Source: Candidatus Thorarchaeota archaeon (GTDB taxonomy: Archaea; Asgardarchaeota; Thorarchaeia; Thorarchaeales; Thorarchaeaceae). Taken from it: 12,862 bases of DNA. Under the pieces are notes generated by a model, which was not told the DNA's origin, ran no database searches, and saw only the letters and a list, made by a program, of their open reading frames with translations. Below, in pieces: positions 1-5,809 of this stretch. Both the position numbers and the translations under genes were made by a program. Each line of letters begins with the position of its first letter. Positions within the stretch are counted from its first letter, which is position 1. The stretch covers positions 1 to 12,862 of the forward strand of contig JAWAQK010000061.1 in NCBI GenBank assembly GCA_038893995.1, read 5' to 3'.

Positions 1-308
1 GAAAGGTATTCCATGAGAACAGCACTGTGCCACCAGACGACCCGTTGCAGAAGCAGATCCCAGATTGAGGGGATTGAAAGCCGTCGGACCCATGCAGGTG
101 GCCCGTGCTGGTGATGTTGCAGAAGCAGATCCCAGATTGAGGGGATTGAAAGCATCGACATAGGAACGCCAGTATTGGAAGGACGAGAATGGTTGCAGAA
201 GCAGATCCCAGATTGAGGGGATTGAAAGAGTACTGGCGGAGTTTCGCTGATGTCTACATAAAATCAGTTGTTGCAGGAGCAGATCCCAGAGATTGAGGGG
301 ATTGAAAG
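1..308 (+). CRISPR. CRISPR array, trailer-side end (continues upstream of the window); repeat GTTGCAGAAGCAGATCCCAGATTGAGGGGATTGAAAG (37 bp)
   Basis: Partial repeat at 1-5 (GAAAG); identical repeats at 44-80, 116-152 and 192-228; variant at 270-308 (A8G plus a 2-nt GA insertion in the loop). Unique spacers of 38, 35, 39 and 41 nt. The repeat has an internal ATCCC/GGGAT stem and a 3' ATTGAAAG end, typical of Cas6-processed type I/III archaeal repeats. Degeneration increases rightwards, so the leader is probably left of the window. Confidence 0.97.
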
Positions 309-309
309 A

Positions 310-417
310 TTGAAGATAGATGATCCACTGGTCTTGTTTGTGATGTTGGTGATTCTTCTAGTGATATTATACATTGTGATGAAGGTGATGAAGATTGCCC
401 TGGGACTACGTGTATGA
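310..417 (+). CDS. Putative 35-aa single-TM peptide inside the oversized CRISPR spacer (may be the 3' fragment of a captured gene)
   Basis: Translated by hand (not in the ORF track): TTG start, MKIDDPLVLFVMLVILLVILYIVMKVMKIALGLRV, TGA at 415-417. It has an ~18-residue hydrophobic run followed by basic residues. The repeat's GAGGGG (295-300) lies 9 nt before the TTG. It overlaps the next ORF. Confidence 0.4.
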   Translation: MKIDDPLVLFVMLVILLVILYIVMKVMKIALGLRV

Positions 418-691
418 GGCGCTCAAGAGAGTCGGCACTCTCAGACCAGAACTCGTCGGTACGCAGGCGAGAGATTATGTGTATGTTTTGTCGCTTGACA
501 GTGGTGAAGAGATAGGTAGAGTCGTGTACAACAAGGCTGAGCAGACAGTACTGCTGGTGGGTGACGATGGCGATGACACCGTACGCTTTGCACTACGTCT
601 CAAGCTCAAGGGAGACCTTGCAGAAGACTTCATGAGAAATGTAAGGAAGGGGATCAGACTCAGATGGTCGCAGGAGCAGATCCCAGATTGA
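395..691 (+). CDS. 98-aa hypothetical protein inside the oversized CRISPR spacer; C-terminus and stop codon supplied by the downstream repeat
   Basis: Open frame with a globular alpha/beta-like composition. Archaeal SD AGGTGA at 383-388 lies 6 nt before TTG 395. The last residues SQEQIPD and TGA (668-691) are read from the degenerate repeat. Confidence 0.6.
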   Translation: MPWDYVYEALKRVGTLRPELVGTQARDYVYVLSLDSGEEIGRVVYNKAEQTVLLVGDDGDDTVRFALRLKLKGDLAEDFMRNVRKGIRLRWSQEQIPD

Positions 692-696
692 GGGGA
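667..696 (+). repeat. Degenerate CRISPR repeat lacking the 3' TTGAAAG
   Basis: GTCGCAGGAGCAGATCCCAGATTGAGGGGA matches the first 30 nt of the consensus at 28/30 positions and shares the A8G variant with repeat 270-308. Confidence 0.93.
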
Positions 697-712
697 CCGG
701 GGGGTCCCCTTT
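691..712 (+). terminator. GC-rich hairpin replacing the 3' end of the degenerate repeat; possible terminator or processing signal
   Basis: Perfect 8-bp stem AGGGGACC (691-698) / GGTCCCCT (703-710) with a 4-nt loop and only a short T run after it. Confidence 0.3.
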
Positions 713-727
713 CCGCGCAGATATGTG

Positions 728-735
728 TTTAAGTA
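728..735 (+). promoter_or_regulatory. Possible TATA box for the membrane-protein gene
   Basis: TTTAAGTA in an AT-rich patch about 45 nt upstream of ATG 780. Confidence 0.35.
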
Positions 736-743
736 GTAGGGAG

Positions 744-779
744 GTCTCGGGGCAGTATCCCGATTGAGAGGACTGAGAG
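744..779 (+). repeat. Highly degenerate terminal CRISPR repeat
   Basis: GTCTCGGGGCAGTATCCCGATTGAGAGGACTGAGAG. The last 18 nt match the consensus 15/18 and the GCAG(T)ATCCC core is retained. It starts 77 nt after the 667 repeat, within the array period of 72-78 nt. Confidence 0.7.
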
Positions 780-2381
780 ATGCAGTGGTGTCGGGTCGCG
801 TCCCTGCTGGTGAGTGTGCGTCAAGTCGCTCGCTCCGCTCTGGTGGATTCGCCCAGGTCTCGATCGCTCGTGAAGGCTCTCGTGACGGGGGTCCTCCTTC
901 TCGACCTATTCATCGTCCTGTTCGTCCTGGCTGTGATGGTCATCCGGCAGTCGTCTGCAGGGCTAGGCATGCTTGACTCCATTCCCCTTGCGTTGTATGT
1001 CCTGCCACTTACGATCATCATCCCATCTCTGTCGAGGGCCTGCTACCGTCTTCAGAATGGGCTTCTGTTCATTCTCATCATGTTGCTGGCGTCTGTCGTG
1101 CTGCTGACCGTGTCGGTCCTTGTACGTCTCCTGTTGCTGGTGTCTCTCCTGAACGTGATATCAGCTATACTCGTCTCTCTTGTGGCCGAGCTGAAACCGA
1201 GAGGTAGTCTGAGATCGGTTGGACGTCGTGGGCTTGTCTGGCTAGTCATTCTCAATCTGGTCGGGCTCATGTTTCCAGCATCAGTGTATCTCATGGGTCA
1301 GAATCCTATCACGACCGTCCGTGGTGGTCCGCCGGCTCACATCAGCCTTGAGGTACCCCTTGCACCATTCTCCCCCCAGACTGTGCCAGTGCCGCCAGAC
1401 GCCCAGCTTGTCAACGGCATCGAAGATGGTGATTTCGGGGTCACCCTCTGGGTCCTCGCACAGAGTGACGAGTCCATGGCCCTGCTGAGGGGCTGGATTG
1501 CCTCCCTGAGGAGCACTGAGGTACCAGTTGTCATTGTCATATCTGCCGACAGGGAAGCACACCTGTCCCCTGTTCCAGACACACTTGGCTCCACGGAGAC
1601 GACCATTCTCATTCTATCGGAGATCGGTGAGGCGATTGGAGATGTCGTGACTATCCTCAGTGAGGAGGGAATGCCTGCGGACCGCCTCTCCATCCTACTC
1701 GACCTGACCCTGTCTGACTCTGAGTTTGAAGTCCTGATGTCAAGGGTCCGCTCTATCGACCTGTTCGGATTTGCCTCGCTCTTCAGGGCCTCACTGGAGA
1801 GAGTAGATCTGACGATGGTAGCGCCCGTCCTTGATTCCGTAGTCGAGGAGGCGCGCTCTGCCGGCCTGAGGATTGGAGCAAGAGTGGAGGGGTATGTGAT
1901 AGACGATGCTCTTGACTCAGACGCTCTCTTCATGTTGACCTGCGGGCTGGACCTGAACATGCTCTCGCGACTGGATCTGGTCGAGCTGGACTGCCAGAGG
2001 TATCGCTACTCGATGCACATGGCCGGCGATGTCGGTGAGTATCTTGTTCATTCCTACTCTAGGACAGCCGCGATCAGTCCCCTGGGAGTCCCATGGACAC
2101 TGAGACTTGGTGTTGTTGACACTGACGCATACGACGACTGTTGTCTCTACTCACTGGCATCTCTTGTGAGCGATATTGTGATAGCTGGTGCTAACGGTGT
2201 CCAGAGGGTGACCGTCTCTTCTCTTGACGGTCTCACGGCAGGGCCTGGTGTGGACGGCGTGACAATGTTGAGGGCCGCACTGAATGCAGCCGGACCACAG
2301 GATATTACCTACACCTTCAGGATCTACGCCTTCAGGTCTATACTGATGGCCCTCGACACGCTTGATCCAGTGATGCTGTGA
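780..2381 (+). CDS. Hypothetical membrane protein (about 5 N-terminal TM helices plus a ~360-aa soluble alpha/beta domain)
   Basis: 533-aa ORF with several long hydrophobic segments in the first ~170 aa and no recognisable motif. Exact start uncertain. Confidence 0.8.
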   Translation: MQWCRVASLLVSVRQVARSALVDSPRSRSLVKALVTGVLLLDLFIVLFVLAVMVIRQSSAGLGMLDSIPLALYVLPLTIIIPSLSRACYRLQNGLLFILIMLLASVVLLTVSVLVRLLLLVSLLNVISAILVSLVAELKPRGSLRSVGRRGLVWLVILNLVGLMFPASVYLMGQNPITTVRGGPPAHISLEVPLAPFSPQTVPVPPDAQLVNGIEDGDFGVTLWVLAQSDESMALLRGWIASLRSTEVPVVIVISADREAHLSPVPDTLGSTETTILILSEIGEAIGDVVTILSEEGMPADRLSILLDLTLSDSEFEVLMSRVRSIDLFGFASLFRASLERVDLTMVAPVLDSVVEEARSAGLRIGARVEGYVIDDALDSDALFMLTCGLDLNMLSRLDLVELDCQRYRYSMHMAGDVGEYLVHSYSRTAAISPLGVPWTLRLGVVDTDAYDDCCLYSLASLVSDIVIAGANGVQRVTVSSLDGLTAGPGVDGVTMLRAALNAAGPQDITYTFRIYAFRSILMALDTLDPVML

Positions 2382-2420
2382 GAACGAGACACCAATGTCC
2401 CTACACACAATCAGTGAATA

Positions 2421-2496
2421 TGGAGCCGGCCGTGGGAATTGCACCCACGTGGGAGGGATCTGCAGTCCCTTGCGTCAGCTTCTCCGCCAGACCGGC
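2421..2496 (-). tRNA. tRNA-Cys(GCA), intronless, CCA encoded
   Basis: Minus strand GCCGGTCTGGCGGAGAAGCTGACGCAAGGGACTGCAGATCCCTCCCACGTGGGTGCAATTCCCACGGCCGGCTCCA folds as a 76-nt cloverleaf: acceptor GCCGGTC/GGCCGGC, anticodon arm AGGGA-CTGCAGA-TCCCT, T arm GTGGG/CCCAC, U73 discriminator, G37. Confidence 0.93.
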
Positions 2497-2521
2497 CCGA
2501 TCTGAGAAGAGTGTCCCTCTT

Positions 2522-3088
2522 CTATTCGGGACTGTATTTAAGCTCTCCCCCACTGGCATACAGCTCGTCGACTATGACTGAGCATGCCAGTATCACGAGT
2601 CGGTCTGCACTCGGGTCAACGATCCTGACACGCATCTCATCGACGGTATCGAGACTCGCAGCAGGTCCCCCTGGACTCATGAGGGGCCAGCTCAGGCACG
2701 CACATGTCTTCCCATCCTTTCCCGCGGTGGCTATAGTCGCTCTGTGTGAAACTGCACTCATGATTGCCGTGCAGATGATCTCGCCATCAGGCTGGGTGAC
2801 TCGGACCATGCCTCTTGCTGATGCCTCTACGGGCCTGGCCTGAGCGACCATCGACCCATCAGGCCATCTCACCTCGTAGACTGGTCCAGTGATACTTGAC
2901 CTCCTGTCTATGACACAGACCAGAGTTGAATCCGCATCCTCAAGCTGGGTCAGCTCATGAGGGGGCAGTGTTCTCTGCCTCAGTCTTCCAATCCGGTTCA
3001 TTCTCTGGTCGTATAGGTCTCCTCTCTCAGGCTGCCCTGCCACCCTCCTCATCACATAGAGAGTATGACTCTTGTCGAGCAGTCCCAT
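2522..3088 (-). CDS. LURP-one-related / phospholipid scramblase (Tubby C-terminal-like) family protein
   Basis: 188 aa of repeated beta-hairpin units (LEDADSTLVCVI, VRWPDGSMVAQA, VTQPDGEIICTA) ending in a hydrophobic helix DRLVILACSVIVDELY, the pattern of a barrel around a central C-terminal helix. Confidence 0.7.
   Translation of the reverse strand: MGLLDKSHTLYVMRRVAGQPERGDLYDQRMNRIGRLRQRTLPPHELTQLEDADSTLVCVIDRRSSITGPVYEVRWPDGSMVAQARPVEASARGMVRVTQPDGEIICTAIMSAVSHRATIATAGKDGKTCACLSWPLMSPGGPAASLDTVDEMRVRIVDPSADRLVILACSVIVDELYASGGELKYSPE
2535..2542 (-). promoter_or_regulatory. Probable TATA box of tRNA-Cys, within the last codons of the upstream CDS
   Basis: CTTAAATA on the minus strand about 39 nt upstream of the tRNA 5' end. 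Confidence 0.45.
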
Positions 3089-3312
3089 GTGCGTGAGTAT
3101 TGCCGATAGTGATTTATCAGTATCTGCTCTCGACCCTTTCTGTCACGACTTCGGAACTCTGTCATCCGACCCCGGCACTCAGGGAGCAGTCAATCTGAGG
3201 GCTGCTGTCGCGACCGGGTTGGTCATATTGACACTGTTCCCAGTTTCGAACTACGAGTCTAAGAGCGTTCTGAGTCTCGCACGCGTAGATTTCGGCTCTG
3301 GAGGTCGATGTC

Positions 3313-3600
3313 ATGAGGATCAAGGCGGTACTTAGGGATGCTGAGATATTGTCGATGGAGCCTGGGTCTCAGCGGAGGATAGTTGCCGCGGCCCTGAAGA
3401 ACATTGACCGGACGGTAAACTTGGGTAGCCTCCTGAAAGTCATGGGTCTACCACCAGATGGTCGTATTCAGATGTTGACTGTTCTTGCCAACGAACCCAT
3501 CCATATCTGGTTGACGAAGGATGGGGACCAACATGTGATACACATGAGCAGGGCACCGACCCCGGCTGACCCGGAGTTCTCCGGATATATGTGGCAGTAG
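3313..3600 (+). CDS. Small hypothetical protein (95 aa)
   Basis: ATG with a strong SD GGAGGT at 3300-3305 and a globular composition. No function assignable. Confidence 0.8.
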   Translation: MRIKAVLRDAEILSMEPGSQRRIVAAALKNIDRTVNLGSLLKVMGLPPDGRIQMLTVLANEPIHIWLTKDGDQHVIHMSRAPTPADPEFSGYMWQ

Positions 3601-3855
3601 AGTCCTTCCGCGAGTCGTTACCTCGTGTTGCGGGAGTAGTCTCCAGGACTGGGTCGCGCCTGTGCCTCTGGCGGTCGTGACCATGTGCTGCGTCGCACGC
3701 CAGGCAGGCTCAGTGCATACAGGTGTCTCCGTCATAGCAGTGTCAGTCTAGCCTGAACATCCGTCATAGTAATGTTGATAGACTGTCTGACATTGGGTGA
3801 TGCAGAATGGACTCCCTCCCATGGTAGAGTACGTCCGCGACAGAGGCTGGTCCGA

Positions 3856-5802
3856 TTGATTCACAATGTCCTCATCATCGACAGTAAGGATGGTACTATT
3901 CTTGTCCGGGTCAGGTTCTGGAAGATCGATTTCCTTGAGCAACACGTGAACGAGTTCCTGATCGGGTACCGAGACCTCAAGGAGACAGAGGGCATCGCAG
4001 ACGACACTCCGATATTCGTGGACAAGCACAAGGTGTTTCACAGTCCGATCAACGACGACATGATCCTGTTGTTTGTGACCGACGGACGCGATGAGGATCG
4101 CGTGATAAGACACAAGGTGAGAGAGGGCGCCGCAAGAGTGGCCACAGCCCTGAGAGGGAGCACCATCAGCTACGTCCGTGACAACTTGAGTGACATCCTT
4201 GGAGAGCTCATCTTCACTCACTTCAAGGTCTCGTTCGTTGGGTCTGGTGGTGTCGGAAAGAGTACTCTGCTCAGGCTCCTGTTTGGCAAGGACCCGGCCC
4301 CGGGAGGATATGTGCCGACGATCAACGTATCAGTCGACTCGTCAGAGACAATCCAGTTTGGTACTTTCATGGTGACTATCTGGGACTTTGCAGGACAGGC
4401 GGTGTTTCAGGATCTATGGGGGTTCTACTTCCAGGGCACTGATATCATCTTCCTTGTCACCGACTCCAGTTTCCGCAACGTGATGCAGACCAAGACTCTG
4501 TTGAGGAGCATCCGGAAGGAGGCCCCCGCAGTACCACTGTTCATAGTCGCCAACAAGCAGGACCTCCCCGAGTCTATGAAGGCTGACAAGATTCAACGAC
4601 TGCTTGGAGCGCCAACCTTCCCAATGGTGGCCACTGACAGGTCTCGCAGGGAGGAGTTCATCAGGTTCATGCTTGAGGTTGCCGCCAAGACAGTTGGCGT
4701 TCAACTGCCAGATCTCCCATTGAGCGAGATGATCACAGTCCACAGGCGCTCCGAACCAGTCTCTGCCCCCGATGCCGAGGCAATCGAGAGGATGCGTAGT
4801 ACGCCGAGGGACCACGGTTTCGAGGATGTGCCCTGCGAAACTGAAGAGGAGCCGTGTGAGGCAGATTTACCTGCAGAGGATCTACCGGTTGAATCGACAG
4901 GTGAGGCTGTCACGCAGAGAGTCCCGGTCCACGAATCGACTGCCACAGATTCCGCTCCACAACCAGCCACATCAAAGATACTCCATCTCGCCCTGCTCCT
5001 GAGGAGAGAGGGCCTCTATGAACCAGTGTTCCACCTAGACTATGCCGAAGAGTCGTCATCAACGAGCTCGCTGGCTGGTGTGATCTCAGCCCTCGACTCG
5101 TTCAGCGGCATTGAGGCCGAGAGCGAGGATGGGACGGTCACCGATGCGCTCAGGACGATCAAACACGAGGGCAATCTTGTACTGGTCGAGAGGTCCAATC
5201 ACTTCATACTCGTCATGGTAGTGACCGGAAGTGCTGAAGACCGTCGACAGGTGCTGAGCTCCCTACTGACTGAGATTGAGGACATGTACCGTGACGTCTG
5301 GGACAACTGGAATGGTGATAAGAGCGTCTTCGAGACCTGTGTCTTCGCAGTGATCGATAGGATTCCCCTGAAACATGTGAGTCTCGACTACATGCTCAAG
5401 ACGCGCGAGGCGGGGAAGAACCTGCCCTTCTCGAACAGGGAGGTGGGCAGAGAGATCGTTGAGGTGCTGAGCGCAATAGAGCCGAACATGACCGTTGGTG
5501 GACTAGTGCGCGCCCTGGGTCTGCCGAGGGAGGTCGTGCTTGGTGCCCTCCAGATACTGGTCAAGTTTGGCTGGGTCGATTTCAGGGTCGAGGTCTTGCC
5601 GAGCAGCATGCTGAGGAAGATAGGTCCGGTCGACGAGGAGACGAGAAAGACCTACGGCGATGTCATAGTGAAGTTTGCAGACATGTGCGATGGGACTTCG
5701 ACTCTAGAGGAGGTCGCGAAGCGGGCCAATCTGAGTCTACCGGCCATGCGGTTCGTCGCTACCAAGCTAGTCCTCAATGGAGTACTTGAGATAGTGGTCT
5801 GA
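3856..5802 (+). CDS. Asgard-type multidomain small GTPase: longin - Arf-like GTPase - acidic linker - longin - 2x winged helix
   Basis: G1 GSGGVGKST (from 4240), G2 PT, G3 WDFAGQ (4381-4398), G4 NKQD (4552-4563). The start is re-called at TTG 3856 (MIHNVLIIDSKDG, resembling a longin first strand; GAGG upstream) instead of ATG 3772. A second longin-like block (LAGVISALDSF...YRDVWDNWNGDKSVF) and two wHTH-like repeats follow. Confidence 0.88.
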   Translation: MIHNVLIIDSKDGTILVRVRFWKIDFLEQHVNEFLIGYRDLKETEGIADDTPIFVDKHKVFHSPINDDMILLFVTDGRDEDRVIRHKVREGAARVATALRGSTISYVRDNLSDILGELIFTHFKVSFVGSGGVGKSTLLRLLFGKDPAPGGYVPTINVSVDSSETIQFGTFMVTIWDFAGQAVFQDLWGFYFQGTDIIFLVTDSSFRNVMQTKTLLRSIRKEAPAVPLFIVANKQDLPESMKADKIQRLLGAPTFPMVATDRSRREEFIRFMLEVAAKTVGVQLPDLPLSEMITVHRRSEPVSAPDAEAIERMRSTPRDHGFEDVPCETEEEPCEADLPAEDLPVESTGEAVTQRVPVHESTATDSAPQPATSKILHLALLLRREGLYEPVFHLDYAEESSSTSSLAGVISALDSFSGIEAESEDGTVTDALRTIKHEGNLVLVERSNHFILVMVVTGSAEDRRQVLSSLLTEIEDMYRDVWDNWNGDKSVFETCVFAVIDRIPLKHVSLDYMLKTREAGKNLPFSNREVGREIVEVLSAIEPNMTVGGLVRALGLPREVVLGALQILVKFGWVDFRVEVLPSSMLRKIGPVDEETRKTYGDVIVKFADMCDGTSTLEEVAKRANLSLPAMRFVATKLVLNGVLEIVV

Positions 5803-5809
5803 AGAGAGT

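Noticed and set aside
6-269. Self-targeting by spacers
   Set aside because: No match to the four spacers was noticed elsewhere in the window; targets outside it cannot be assessed.
309-666. Insert as a run of decayed repeat-spacer units, the array leader, or an IS/MITE
   Set aside because: No repeat remnants at the expected ~75-nt period, no terminal inverted repeats or transposase motif, and it is coding-like and on the degenerate side of the array.
2455-2463. GCAGATCCC is shared between the tRNA-Cys anticodon arm (minus strand) and the CRISPR repeat
   Set aside because: Only 9 nt, largely dictated by the anticodon and stem, and plausible by chance. It is not an anti-repeat or tracrRNA.
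780-2496. Integrated element bounded by the tRNA-Cys 3' end
   Set aside because: No integrase and no duplicated tRNA 3' sequence (att site) seen within the window.
2378-2843. ORFs 2378-2581 and 2439-2843 (+)
   Set aside because: They are antisense to tRNA-Cys and the scramblase-like gene, i.e. shadow frames.
3772-3855. N-terminal extension of the GTPase ORF from ATG 3772
   Set aside because: It overlaps the repeat-rich upstream region, and TTG 3856 gives a typical longin start with an SD-like element.
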